A stretch of DNA of 64,000 nucleotides, taken from positions 1-64,000 of the forward strand of contig JBBARP010000001.1 in assembly GCA_040399745.1 (NCBI GenBank). Direction: 5' to 3'. Positions 30,345-44,079 of this stretch are shown piece after piece. Numbering within the stretch: the stretch's first letter is position 1; the number at the start of each line of letters is the position of its first letter. The translations under genes and the position numbers were made by a program. The notes under the pieces were generated by a model, which searched no databases, had not been told where the DNA came from, and saw only the letters and a list, made by a program, of their open reading frames with translations. The DNA comes from Bdellovibrionia bacterium. GTDB lineage: Bacteria; Bdellovibrionota; UBA1018.

Positions 30345-33300
30345 ATGGCATCTCTCTTCTCGGAGAACCGCCGAATCAGGAAAGAATTCTCGAAGATCGC
30401 GACCCCGGTCGAGATCCCGAACTTGATCGACTTGCAAAGAAAGTCGTACGAGAAATTCCTCCAAGCGGATATTCCTCCGCAGAAGCGTGAGACCATGGGT
30501 CTCCAGTCGGTGTTTAAATCGGTATTCCCGATTGAAGACTTCAACAAGACCGCTTCGCTGGAATTCGAAAGCTACAGTCTCGAGCGCCCGAAATACGACG
30601 TGGGCGAGTGCCGTCAGCGCGGCATGACTTTCGCCGCTCCCTTGAAGATCACCGTGCGTTTGGTGGTTTTCGAAGTCGATGAAGAAGCGGGCACCCGCAA
30701 CATTCGCGACATCAAAGAACAAGAAGTTTACATGGGCGAAATCCCCCTCATGACTGAGGCGGGTTCGTTCATCATCAATGGCACCGAGCGTGTCATTGTG
30801 AGTCAGCTGCACCGCTCGCCAGGCGTGATCTTCGATCACGATCAAGGCAAGAGCCACTCCAGCGGCAAGATCCTCTACTCGGCACGGATGATTCCGCATC
30901 GCGGTTCGTGGCTCGATTTCGAATTCGACCACAAGGACATCTTGTACGCCCGTATCGACCGCAAGCGGAAATTGCCTGCGACCATCGTCCTGAAGGCGAT
31001 GGGTCTGTCGACTCAAGAGATCCTGTCTTACTTCTACCGCACCGAAGTGCTCTCGTTCGACCAGGACGGGAAGTACTACAAAGCGGTCGATCTCGAGCTC
31101 CTCTCGGGTCAGCGCGCTGACGAAGACATCCTCGAGCCGAAATCGGGCGATGTGATCGTCAAGAAAAACCGCAAGTTCACGAAAGCCGTCATCAAGAAGA
31201 TTCAAGACGCTGGCATCAAGCGCTTTGAAGTGGCTCTCGATAACGTTCTCGGTCGTGTGGCCGCAGAAGACTTGGTGGATGAAGCCACTGGCGAAGTGCT
31301 GATCGAGTGTAACCATGAGCTCAGCGAAGCGAAACTGGAAGAGCTGAAGGGCAAAGGCGTCAAGGCTGTGAAGGTGATCTACACCGACAACCTGACCCAC
31401 GGCGCATTCGTGCGTGAAACCCTGCAAATCGACAAGGTTTCGAGTCCCGACGAAGCATTGATCGAGATCTACAAGCGGATGCGTCCGGGTGATCCGCCGA
31501 CCATCGAAGCTTCCAAGCAATTGTTTGAGAACATGTTCTTCAACCCCGATCGCTACGACCTGTCGCGCGTCGGCCGTTTGAAGTTGAACTACAAGTTCCC
31601 GAACAACGGTGTGGCTCAAGAAATCACCACTCTGACCAAGGAAGACATTCTGTCGACCTTGTTCTACCTCTGCGAGCTGAACAACGGCCGTGGAACCATC
31701 GACGACATCGATCACTTGGGCAACCGCCGCGTTCGCCCGGTGGGTGAATTGATCGAGAACCAATACCGCATCGGCTTGGTTCGTATGGAGCGCGCCATTA
31801 AAGAGCGCATGAGCATTCAAGAGATTGAGACGCTCATGCCGCACGACTTGATCAACCAGAAGCCGGTTTCGGCTGTGGTGAAAGAGTTCTTTGGCTCGAG
31901 CCAGCTCTCGCAGTTCATGGACCAGACCAATCCGTTGTCGGAAGTCACGCACAAGCGTCGTCTTTCGGCCCTCGGACCTGGCGGTCTGACCCGCGAGCGC
32001 GCAGGCTTCGAAGTCCGCGACGTTCACAATACCCACTACGGCCGGATTTGCCCGATTGAGACTCCGGAAGGTCCGAACATCGGCTTGATCGCAAGCCTTT
32101 CGACCTACGCCCGTGTGAACGAGTTCGGCTTCATCGAGACCCCGTACCGCATCATCGGCGAGCGTAGCGTGACGGACGAAATCCGTTTCTTCACCGCTAC
32201 CGAGGAAGAGAACAAGATCATCGCTCAAGTTTCGCCGGAAGCTCTGCGTACCGGCAAACTCGGCTCGGATCACGTCTCTGCCCGTCGTAAAGGTGAATTC
32301 GCACTCGTGAATCCGGACGACGTCGAGATGATGGACGTTTCGCCGAACCAGCTGGTTTCGATCGCTGCTTCGTTGATTCCGTTCCTCGAGCACGACGATG
32401 CTAACCGCGCCCTCATGGGTTCGAACATGCAACGTCAGGCTGTGCCGCTCATTCGTACTTCGGCGCCGCTCGTCGGCACCGGTATCGAACGCGTGGTTGC
32501 TCGCGACTCCGGTCAGGTCATCCTGGCCCGTCACGACGGCGAAGTCATCATGGTCGACGGTTCGAAAATCGTCATTCGTCGCTCGGGTCGCAATGACTCG
32601 GTCGGTTCGGACGTCGATATTTACAACCTGACGAAGTATCAGCGCTCCAACCAGGGCACCTGCGTGAACCAGCGTCCAGTCGTGAAGTCTGGCGATAAGG
32701 TGAAGGCAGGCGACGTTCTGGGTGACGGTCCCTCGACCGACGCTGGCGAGTTGGCTCTGGGTCAGAACGTGCTCATCGCGTTCATGCCCTGGAACGGCTA
32801 CAACTTCGAAGACTCGATCCTTATCTCCGAGCGCATCATCAAGGACGACACTTTCACCTCGATTCACATCGAGGAATTCGAGTGTGTGGCCCGCGATACC
32901 AAACTCGGTAAAGAAGAGATCACCCGCGACATCCCGAACGTCGGCGAAGAGGCCCTCAAGGACCTCGACCAGAGCGGTATTATCCGCATTGGCGCTGAAG
33001 TGAAGCCGGGCGATATCTTGGTCGGTAAAGTGACTCCGAAAGGCGAGACTCAGCTTTCGCCTGAAGAGAAACTGCTCCGCGCGATCTTCGGCGAAAAAGC
33101 CGGCGACGTCCGCGATTCCTCGCTGCGCGTGCCTTCGGGCGTGCAAGGCGTGATCATCAACGCTCAGGTCTTCGCTCGCGAAGGCACCGAGCCCGATGAG
33201 CGCACCAAGCAGATCTTGGAAGAGCAGATTGCCACGATCCGTCGTGACGAGAAGATTGAAGTCGAGGCCATCCGGTTGTCCGCCTTCAATAAGATCGCCA

Positions 33301-34481
33301 AGACCCTCGAGGGTTCTCTGACCAGCGGCAAACTCCTTTCGGAAGACGGCTCGGAAGAGCTGCTCAAGAAAGGTCAGAAGCTGGAGCGCGCAGTCCTCGA
33401 AGTCATCCCGTTCGATCTGTTGGCCTTCATTCCCGTGAAGGAAGACCTCGAGCAGGAAGTCACTCAGGTGATGAAGACTGCCAAAGAGAAAGTCGAAGCC
33501 GTGCGCTTTGTCTTCAAGGAGAAGACCGAGAAGCTGAAAAAAGGCGACGAACTTCCTCCAGGCGTCATCAAGATGGTCAAGGTCCAGGTCGCGATCAAGC
33601 GCAAGCTTCAGGTCGGCGACAAGATGGCAGGCCGCCACGGCAACAAAGGTGTGGTTTCGCGGATTGTTCCGATCGAAGACATGCCTTTCATGGCCAACGG
33701 CAAGCCGGTCGACATGGTGCTCAACCCGCTCGGCGTTCCGTCGCGGATGAACATCGGTCAGCTCTTGGAAGTGACCTTGGGTTGGGCCGCTCGCGGCATT
33801 GGTGAAAAAATCACCGACGCTCTGGAGCAGTTCAAGCCGGAAAACCTCCGCAAGGTCCTGAAGGCCACTTACTCGACTCCTGAAGTCGATAAGTACGTCG
33901 ATCAGGCCAGCGAGGCCGAGCTGAAGAAGATGGCATCGCATCTGCGCAACGGCGTGCACTTCGCCACTCCGGTCTTCGATGGGGCTTCTGAAGCCGACAT
34001 CGAAAAAGCCTTGGGTGTGGCCGAATTGCCGGCACGTGGCCAGACCACGTTGTACGACGGCGTCACCGGCGAACCCTTCGCCGAGGATGTCACGGTCGGC
34101 GTGATGTACATGCTGAAGCTTCACCACTTGGTAGAAGAGAAGATCCACGCTCGTTCGATCGGCCCGTACTCGCTCGTCACTCAGCAACCGCTGGGCGGCA
34201 AAGCGCAGTTCGGTGGTCAACGCCTCGGGGAAATGGAAGTCTGGGCATTGGAAGCTTACGGCGCCGCCTACGCGCTGCAAGAATTCCTCACTGTGAAGTC
34301 GGACGACGTCACGGGCCGGAACCGGATCTACGAAGCGATCGTCAAGGGCGAACAGTTGCTGGAGCCGGGCTTGCCCGAATCCTTCAACGTCTTGGTCAAA
34401 GAACTCCAAAGCTTGGCGCTGAACGTCGAGCTGATCGAGGACGATGGCAAAGGCGCAGAAGGCCTGACCGGACTGAACTGA
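30345..34481 (+). CDS. rpoB: RNA polymerase beta subunit
   Basis: [30 protein letters not shown] and [17 protein letters not shown]. Confidence 0.99.
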   Translation: MASLFSENRRIRKEFSKIATPVEIPNLIDLQRKSYEKFLQADIPPQKRETMGLQSVFKSVFPIEDFNKTASLEFESYSLERPKYDVGECRQRGMTFAAPLKITVRLVVFEVDEEAGTRNIRDIKEQEVYMGEIPLMTEAGSFIINGTERVIVSQLHRSPGVIFDHDQGKSHSSGKILYSARMIPHRGSWLDFEFDHKDILYARIDRKRKLPATIVLKAMGLSTQEILSYFYRTEVLSFDQDGKYYKAVDLELLSGQRADEDILEPKSGDVIVKKNRKFTKAVIKKIQDAGIKRFEVALDNVLGRVAAEDLVDEATGEVLIECNHELSEAKLEELKGKGVKAVKVIYTDNLTHGAFVRETLQIDKVSSPDEALIEIYKRMRPGDPPTIEASKQLFENMFFNPDRYDLSRVGRLKLNYKFPNNGVAQEITTLTKEDILSTLFYLCELNNGRGTIDDIDHLGNRRVRPVGELIENQYRIGLVRMERAIKERMSIQEIETLMPHDLINQKPVSAVVKEFFGSSQLSQFMDQTNPLSEVTHKRRLSALGPGGLTRERAGFEVRDVHNTHYGRICPIETPEGPNIGLIASLSTYARVNEFGFIETPYRIIGERSVTDEIRFFTATEEENKIIAQVSPEALRTGKLGSDHVSARRKGEFALVNPDDVEMMDVSPNQLVSIAASLIPFLEHDDANRALMGSNMQRQAVPLIRTSAPLVGTGIERVVARDSGQVILARHDGEVIMVDGSKIVIRRSGRNDSVGSDVDIYNLTKYQRSNQGTCVNQRPVVKSGDKVKAGDVLGDGPSTDAGELALGQNVLIAFMPWNGYNFEDSILISERIIKDDTFTSIHIEEFECVARDTKLGKEEITRDIPNVGEEALKDLDQSGIIRIGAEVKPGDILVGKVTPKGETQLSPEEKLLRAIFGEKAGDVRDSSLRVPSGVQGVIINAQVFAREGTEPDERTKQILEEQIATIRRDEKIEVEAIRLSAFNKIAKTLEGSLTSGKLLSEDGSEELLKKGQKLERAVLEVIPFDLLAFIPVKEDLEQEVTQVMKTAKEKVEAVRFVFKEKTEKLKKGDELPPGVIKMVKVQVAIKRKLQVGDKMAGRHGNKGVVSRIVPIEDMPFMANGKPVDMVLNPLGVPSRMNIGQLLEVTLGWAARGIGEKITDALEQFKPENLRKVLKATYSTPEVDKYVDQASEAELKKMASHLRNGVHFATPVFDGASEADIEKALGVAELPARGQTTLYDGVTGEPFAEDVTVGVMYMLKLHHLVEEKIHARSIGPYSLVTQQPLGGKAQFGGQRLGEMEVWALEAYGAAYALQEFLTVKSDDVTGRNRIYEAIVKGEQLLEPGLPESFNVLVKELQSLALNVELIEDDGKGAEGLTGLN

Positions 34482-34523
34482 TCTCCACTCTCGACCCATT
34501 TTTTGCCCCCGGGAGGGCTGAAC

Positions 34524-38687
<4,164 letters not shown>

Positions 38688-38724
38688 TCCGGGTTTCCGG
38701 ACCAGGTGAAAAGAAAATCGATGT

Positions 38725-38755
38725 GGGGTCGGCAGCGTGATTCGCTGCCGGCCCC
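38725..38755 (+). terminator. Hairpin downstream of rpoC
   Basis: GGGGTCGGCAGCG-TGATT-CGCTGCCGGCCCC with a poor U-tract. Confidence 0.5.
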
Positions 38756-38797
38756 CTTCAACAAAGTCCAAAAAGAGCAGTCAGAGAAGTTGTCAGT

Positions 38798-38872
38798 GCG
38801 GGATTAGCTCAGCGGTAGAGCAAGGTCTTTACACGGCCAAGGTCGGGGGTTCGATCCCCTCATCCCGCACCA
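38798..38872 (+). tRNA. tRNA-Val(UAC)
   Basis: GCGGGAT/ATCCCGC acceptor stem, anticodon loop TT-TAC-AC, GGTTCGA and ACCA end. Confidence 0.93.
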
Positions 38873-39109
38873 TTTTCAGTCTAACTCTGTCAGAGCGTTG
38901 AAACTCGGGCCTGTTGCCTTACGGTGGGCATGAGGCGATCGAAGGTCCTGCGAGTCTCGCTCCAGGTCGCCCCTGCCGTGGCCGGCAGGCGCTCCTCTGT
39001 CACATCGCTCTCGGACACGCGCCGCGGTCACAACGTGCCCTTTGTGGCACGTTCCGCCGCGTTCGCGTCCCTCATCCCGCACCATTTTTCGTGAGTCTCT
39101 GTTAGAGCG
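38849..39109. repeat. tRNA-Val 3'-end direct repeat (212-bp period) with an internal inverted copy
   Basis: 38849-38876 vs 39061-39088 match at 25/28, including 20 nt exact. An inverted copy lies at 38923-38943. Confidence 0.85.
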
Positions 39110-39178
39110 CCCTAGCGGGCGTTCCGGGGACGGTTGGCCCGTCCGTCGGACGACCTCAGTGAGCAATGAGCCCTTTGC

Positions 39179-39511
39179 TTAGCAACGCCGCCTTCGGCTG
39201 GCGGACGGATTTTTCAGGCATTTCTCGAGCTTAATTCGCTTGTTTTCGGCGTCGTGAAAGATGGTCTCTGGATCGGGGCCGCCTTCAAAACGGTATTGGT
39301 ACTCGACAATCGTACGTCGGAGGAGCTCGGGCCACTGTGGCAAGAAGATGACGAGGGCGGCGCACGAGACGAGGAGGTGAATGACCTTGTGTACTTTGGT
39401 GATTCCGAATTCTTTGGCTCGAGGGAATCGCCGGAGAATAAAAACGGGGACATAAGTCGTGCCGACAAGAAGCGACCAATAAATGATCAGGATTTCGAAA
39501 TTTTTGGTCAT
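39179..39511 (-). CDS. Hypothetical small membrane protein (2 TM)
   Basis: 110-aa ORF with two hydrophobic segments; shares a motif with the neighbouring ORF. Confidence 0.55.
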   Translation of the reverse strand: MTKNFEILIIYWSLLVGTTYVPVFILRRFPRAKEFGITKVHKVIHLLVSCAALVIFLPQWPELLRRTIVEYQYRFEGGPDPETIFHDAENKRIKLEKCLKNPSASRRRRC

Positions 39512-39573
39512 GCTGAACTCTTAGAGTCCTTCTGGATCAGTTGCGAAGCTTGGGTTGCTCTGGCTCGATGGCA

Positions 39574-39831
39574 CTATCGAGCCGGCGGGGCAGCGTTTGT
39601 GAGGGCCGAGGTGGGTGTAGGGGTCGGCACTCCTCGGGTACGTCTTCGTGCATGGCGACCGCCTCCGAGTGCTCGCGAAATGGAGTCAAACTTAGAGCGT
39701 CTGGGTACGTAGTTGGCTGCGGCTTCTACGTCGTGAAAGATCGTCTCGGGATCAGGACCATTCTGAAAACGGAATCGGTACTCAGCGGAACAGACCATCG
39801 CGATAGCGATATTCTCTTGATTCAGTGACAT
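39574..39831 (-). CDS. Hypothetical protein or paralog fragment
   Basis: Shares the EYxxRFxxGPDPETIFHDxE motif with 39179-39511. It may be a pseudogene. Confidence 0.4.
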   Translation of the reverse strand: MSLNQENIAIAMVCSAEYRFRFQNGPDPETIFHDVEAAANYVPRRSKFDSISRALGGGRHARRRTRGVPTPTPTSALTNAAPPAR

Positions 39832-39867
39832 AAACTCTCACGTTGAGAGCGGGGCTTAGAACCTCTA

Positions 39868-39904
39868 GACCGAGCGCCTCGACCTTGGTCAGAGGCGCTC
39901 GGTC
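39868..39904. terminator. Strong inverted repeat downstream of the 451-aa gene
   Basis: GACCGAGCGCCTC-GACCTTGGTCA-GAGGCGCTCGGTC has perfect 13-bp arms. Confidence 0.55.
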
Positions 39905-39924
39905 ATATGGATTCAGCGGGAAGG

Positions 39925-41280
39925 TCACTCTTCATCGAGTTCACGAGGCACCACCGAGGGTGCTTCATATTTACCTGGTTTGCCCTCGATGGTTTTTCCA
40001 TTGCAGTACAGGCCCCCGTTATATCCGGGGATGTTCAGGAAGTTTGACCCTACATTCATCGGTGGGCCGCCGCGTACGACAACTCTACCGCCGTCCCCGC
40101 CATTGCCTGGGGCGACCGGTATTCCGTCCTTGCACTCCTCCCAGCGTCCTGGGCTTCCCATGGCGACGAATAGCGGCGTTCCCAGCATTTCAGGCTCGGG
40201 AAGAGCGACGTTAATATAAATATTTCCGCCACGGTTTCCGTTCAGCTCGGTTGTTCTGTTGTCTGACGTGTCCAGCCACGGTGCTACCTGTCGGGGACTG
40301 TAGATAGAGATGTCTCCACCTGGGGCCACGATTACGGCGTTGGGATGAAATCGAATCTCGGGCGCATAAATGACCACGAGGTTTGGCGCCTCATAAATTC
40401 CGGGCGGCACCTCCACGGGCGATTTGAAGCGGAGAACAATGGCGCCCTCTGGCGCTCCAGGGTCTTTTTTTCGTTGTGCCTCCCGCCAGGTTACGTTGAA
40501 CAGATCCGTCCTTTCAGGCGCGGTCTTAAAGCGGCTTTTTAGATAGGTATTATTAAGGTTAAAAAGGCTGACACTCGTGCCTTGATAAAAATAACGCAGC
40601 GGCGAGAAGTGATTTTCCGGGCCTGATGCCGATGTACCTGTAAACTCCGGGGGAAGTTCGAAGAAAAATCGGGTTGCCGCTGTCTTCATTTCGAGAACCC
40701 GAGTCGTCATGGCTGATTTGCAGTTCAGTTCTGAGTCGTCGAGCTGTTTAAGAAGACTGGATTCGGAGCGAATGAAGTATTCCTGTAGCACTTGGACTTC
40801 TCGAACCTTTTTCCCATCTTTTACGATTGCTGCCAGAAACTGCCAGGGATTGAAACGATGAGGCTGCTCCACTTTGTTCCTTTCTCCGCGGAGCAAGGTC
40901 ATGGCGACGAGCGGGGCCTTCACTTGGATTGTTGGAGCGCCCGACGGCAGTCGGGACAGGTCTGATTTCCGAACCCAATCCTCAAGTTCCTGCAGAATCG
41001 TAATTTCCCTGTCCCAACGCTCATAATACGAACTCTCGGAGCGCTCGGGGGCCTGACAACTCGAAAGAAGTTGGTGATAAGCATCCACTCTTGAAATGAG
41101 TGCCTGAAACTCGTTGAGTTCAATGGCAGGTGCACGGGAGAGCGATTCCATCGTGCTGCGAATCTCTTTTTCAAACACCTCAGCCGGGTCTACTTCCGTT
41201 CGTCCCCAGCCCAGTGTGGCTGTCGATTGGCTTGCGGTAATGCCGACCATTAAGAAGGATAGGAAAAGTCTCGTTTTCAT
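39925..41280 (-). CDS. Hypothetical secreted protein with a Gly-rich C-terminus
   Basis: Signal-peptide-like N-terminus MKTRLFLSFLMVGITASQS, GAGGTG RBS and C-terminal GNRGGNIYI/GNGGDGGRVVV motifs. Confidence 0.75.
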   Translation of the reverse strand: MKTRLFLSFLMVGITASQSTATLGWGRTEVDPAEVFEKEIRSTMESLSRAPAIELNEFQALISRVDAYHQLLSSCQAPERSESSYYERWDREITILQELEDWVRKSDLSRLPSGAPTIQVKAPLVAMTLLRGERNKVEQPHRFNPWQFLAAIVKDGKKVREVQVLQEYFIRSESSLLKQLDDSELNCKSAMTTRVLEMKTAATRFFFELPPEFTGTSASGPENHFSPLRYFYQGTSVSLFNLNNTYLKSRFKTAPERTDLFNVTWREAQRKKDPGAPEGAIVLRFKSPVEVPPGIYEAPNLVVIYAPEIRFHPNAVIVAPGGDISIYSPRQVAPWLDTSDNRTTELNGNRGGNIYINVALPEPEMLGTPLFVAMGSPGRWEECKDGIPVAPGNGGDGGRVVVRGGPPMNVGSNFLNIPGYNGGLYCNGKTIEGKPGKYEAPSVVPRELDEE

Positions 41281-41304
41281 TTTTTCACCTCGAGCGCGCC
41301 TGTA

Positions 41305-41320
41305 AGCAACGAGCGTGCCT
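41305..41320 (-). promoter_or_regulatory. sigma54 -24/-12 promoter
   Basis: AGGCAC-GCTCG-TTGCT lies 24 bp upstream of the ATG at 41280. Confidence 0.7.
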
Positions 41321-41540
41321 GATAGGGCTCAGGCGTAGACAAAACTGCGGGCGAGGAAGGCAAACGTGAGGAATCCTTCGATTGAGCCTGAAACTCCTTG
41401 TGGGGAGGGCGAGCTGGTTAGTTTTTCTCCCACTAAGGTCCGTCTAGAGCGGCAGTCTGCGGGATTGAATCGTCGTCATTCCGGATGCTTCGGGCGCTGA
41501 AGTGTAGGTTTTTCCTAACTCCAGTTTGTAGAAACCCACA

Positions 41541-42344
41541 CTAACTCGCCCGGCGTGCATAGCTGCGAATGCCGATGGACCACATTTTCTCAACGTAAAA
41601 CCAGCTCGAGGCGGCAGCAGCCGCTGCGCCCAGGAGCCAGAGAGGTCCGAACTGTCCCGCCAAAATTTGTGCGGGAACGCCCGTCAGGAAAAGTGCTGGG
41701 AAAGCAGTGAGAAAGACCAGCCGAATTGCGCCCGAGAAAGAATCGTAGGGCCGCACCATGATCTTAAAACTCGGGTTCGCGTTTCTGACTTGGATAATGG
41801 ATCGAGTCCAAAACGACGTGAGCCGGAACAAGAACGAAATCGAGTTCAGGGTGAAAACTCCTAAGAGCGAAGCTAGAAACGAAACCACCTGGACGTTCCA
41901 AGGAACGTGCGCGGTGACGCCATAGACAATGAAGATTACCCAGCTCAGCACGGCGAGCGGCAGGAAATTAAAATTTGGGCTCAAAAACGCAAGGACTCTC
42001 AGTGCGTGCCTAGGCTGAAGTAAGAGAGCGTCGAGTTCGAGGCGCATAATTTTATCGGATGCGCGCAGGCTGCCTGGGCCTAAGAGATACAAGTACGTGT
42101 TGTCCACGAGCGAGAGCGTGACCAAAAAAGAGATCATTTGCTCTTGGCTTGCCAAAGCTTGGCCTGCAGGCTGGCTCCGAATGCCTAACCAAAAGGCAAA
42201 CTGGGCCACGTAGTAAAAGCCCTGCATCGCAGACGAAAGCCAAACTGATTTTGGGTTCTTGGTTTGAACTAGAAAGGCGCCCCGGTAATGTGCCTGGGTC
42301 AGGTCCCACAAGTCTGAGAGTTTTGCCCGCCATTTAGCCGCCAT
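41541..42344 (-). CDS. ABC-2 family (DUF990-like) permease
   Basis: Multi-TM protein with LDALLLQP and TAFPALFLTGVPA; C-terminal GIRSY. Confidence 0.8.
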   Translation of the reverse strand: MAAKWRAKLSDLWDLTQAHYRGAFLVQTKNPKSVWLSSAMQGFYYVAQFAFWLGIRSQPAGQALASQEQMISFLVTLSLVDNTYLYLLGPGSLRASDKIMRLELDALLLQPRHALRVLAFLSPNFNFLPLAVLSWVIFIVYGVTAHVPWNVQVVSFLASLLGVFTLNSISFLFRLTSFWTRSIIQVRNANPSFKIMVRPYDSFSGAIRLVFLTAFPALFLTGVPAQILAGQFGPLWLLGAAAAAASSWFYVEKMWSIGIRSYARRAS

Positions 42345-43104
42345 ACGCTTGGTACCTCCGGATGCCGAGGCTCCAAATTAGGCTTGCGATCGCTGCTAGG
42401 ACCATCACGTAAAGCAGTTGGGCTGCCACCAAATAACTGAACGAGGCCTGGCCTAGTGCCACTTTCACTGGGAAGAATCCTATGTAAGCTGCGGGCAGGA
42501 GGGACAAGCCCGTCGCGACTGACTTCGGAAACAGATCCAGTGGAATAAGTGCACCACTTGCGATCCAAAAGAGAGTCTCTTTAAAGACCACTAAGAAATA
42601 GCTGTCCTGAAAATAGAAGGTGCCCGTGGCCAGGATCTGATTGATGAGAAAATTCATCCCCGCGCCCAAGGGCAGCGTGAAGAGGAGTGAAAAAAGTCCG
42701 GGCCACCGAACCTCGCCCAAGCAGGCAAATTCGATAAGTGCGACCAGCGGCACCAGCCAAAGTAAACGAGCTAGGCTGATTCCTATTTGATGGCAAAACA
42801 TTTGCGGCAGAAAACCGTAGGGTCGAATTAAGAGGGGATCGAGTTGGCCAGCTTCAATTTTCTGGGAGGCGGAATCAGGCTCACCCGTGCAGGCTACGAC
42901 TTGCGACACCACGAGCGAAATAAACGCATAGGCCAGGATTTCTGCCGAAGAATACCCTCTGAGAGTGCCTTGATCGGAGAGGTGGCTCCAAAAAGACCCC
43001 TCCACCGTAAACATGATGGCTAAGAATACGCTTGGCCCAATGACTCCGCCGCGTACCCGAAACCAGCTCAGAAACGCATACTGCGCGATTTTTAGCCCCG
43101 TCAT
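42334..43104 (-). CDS. ABC-2 family (DUF990-like) permease
   Basis: GQLDPLLIRP, SGALIPLDLFP and GIRRYQAYGG. Confidence 0.85.
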   Translation of the reverse strand: MTGLKIAQYAFLSWFRVRGGVIGPSVFLAIMFTVEGSFWSHLSDQGTLRGYSSAEILAYAFISLVVSQVVACTGEPDSASQKIEAGQLDPLLIRPYGFLPQMFCHQIGISLARLLWLVPLVALIEFACLGEVRWPGLFSLLFTLPLGAGMNFLINQILATGTFYFQDSYFLVVFKETLFWIASGALIPLDLFPKSVATGLSLLPAAYIGFFPVKVALGQASFSYLVAAQLLYVMVLAAIASLIWSLGIRRYQAYGG

Positions 43105-43868
43105 TGAAGTAGTCTCGCTTCTAAGCTTTGTAGAAGCTGCCCGGATTCGTCACGATGGGCTTGCAGGCGTCCTTGCTCCAGAAAGTAAACCTGGTCGGCC
43201 AGTTCCGTCACATCGCTCAGATTATGGGAAGTGAGTAGAACGTGGCAGCCCGACTCAGCTACGTAATCACGAATGGCCTTTCTCATAGCGAGCTGCGACT
43301 GAAGATCCAGCCCAATCGTGGGTTCATCTAAGAACACCACCTTCGGTGCGCAGATCAGAACATTCACGAGTTCTGCCTTCATGGCTTGGCCTAAAGAGAA
43401 GCTCTTTGCCGGACGATCTTTCACGCCCTCGAGTTGAAAAAGATGGATCAGGTGCTGAACGTCCTTTTTGAAACGATCCGATGGAATCCTGTAAATGGCT
43501 CGAGTGAGTTCTAGGTTTTCTAGGAGTGAAAGCTCGGGCCAAAGCGCTTTCTTCGCTCCAAAGACTGCGCCGATTTGCCCGAGGTAATCGGGCTGGCGGC
43601 GGGAAGGCTCAAAGCCCAGAACTTTCACCTGGCCAAAACTGGGAGTCAGGATTCCACTCAACACTTTCATCAAAGTGGTTTTTCCCGTTCCGTTCTTACC
43701 CAGAATGGCCGTTATTCCGGGGCCCTCTACTTTAAAATCCAGGTCACGGAGCACGGCCACGCGCTGGTAATCGGCTCGCCAAAGCGAGCGAAGCCAGGAC
43801 CGACCTTCTTCAAGTTTTCGGGTTTCGTAATCGAGCTGCAGCGAGGAAACTTCAATCCAAGGACGCAT
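43101..43868 (-). CDS. ABC transporter ATP-binding protein
   Basis: GKNGTGKTT Walker A, FSLGQ signature, FLDEPTIGLD Walker B and TSH switch. Confidence 0.93.
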   Translation of the reverse strand: MRPWIEVSSLQLDYETRKLEEGRSWLRSLWRADYQRVAVLRDLDFKVEGPGITAILGKNGTGKTTLMKVLSGILTPSFGQVKVLGFEPSRRQPDYLGQIGAVFGAKKALWPELSLLENLELTRAIYRIPSDRFKKDVQHLIHLFQLEGVKDRPAKSFSLGQAMKAELVNVLICAPKVVFLDEPTIGLDLQSQLAMRKAIRDYVAESGCHVLLTSHNLSDVTELADQVYFLEQGRLQAHRDESGQLLQSLEARLLQ

Positions 43869-43900
43869 GGGAGGCTTACCTTCTGGTTATGCCGCCTCAC

Positions 43901-43916
43901 AGCAAGGCGCGTTCCA
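43901..43916 (-). promoter_or_regulatory. sigma54 -24/-12 promoter of the ABC operon
   Basis: TGGAAC-GCGCC-TTGCT with GG-N10-GC spacing. Confidence 0.55.
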
Positions 43917-43979
43917 GCCGGCCAAAGCACCTAAAACTCAGCTTTGATTGAGTTTTGATCCAGGCTTTCGCCCAGCGTG

Positions 43980-44019
43980 TGTAGGGAAATCCTCACAACT
44001 GTAGGCAGTTCCCTACAGT
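43980..44019. promoter_or_regulatory. Tandem TGTAGG-N6-CCTACA-type operator pair
   Basis: TGTAGG-GAAATC-CTCACA (43980-43997) and ACTGTAGG-CAGTTC-CCTACAGT (43998-44019). Confidence 0.6.
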
Positions 44020-44025
44020 CCCTTT

Positions 44026-44041
44026 TGGCGAAGGAGTTGCA
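44026..44041 (+). promoter_or_regulatory. sigma54 -24/-12 promoter of the Cache gene
   Basis: TGGC-GAAGGAG-TTGCA with GG-N10-GC spacing. Confidence 0.55.
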
Positions 44042-44079
44042 TTGCCCTTCATTGAACCTTCGCCACCAGGAGTCAAACC

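Noticed and set aside
38830..38840. A27-A43 mismatch and U-G pair in the tRNA-Val anticodon stem, as possible pseudogenisation
   Set aside because: Mismatches at 27-43 are tolerated, and the other arms and the CCA end are intact.
41458..41466. TGCGGGATT matching the tRNA-Val 5' end as a possible distal att site
   Set aside because: It is only 9 nt, which is expected by chance, and it matches the 5' end rather than the usual 3' end.
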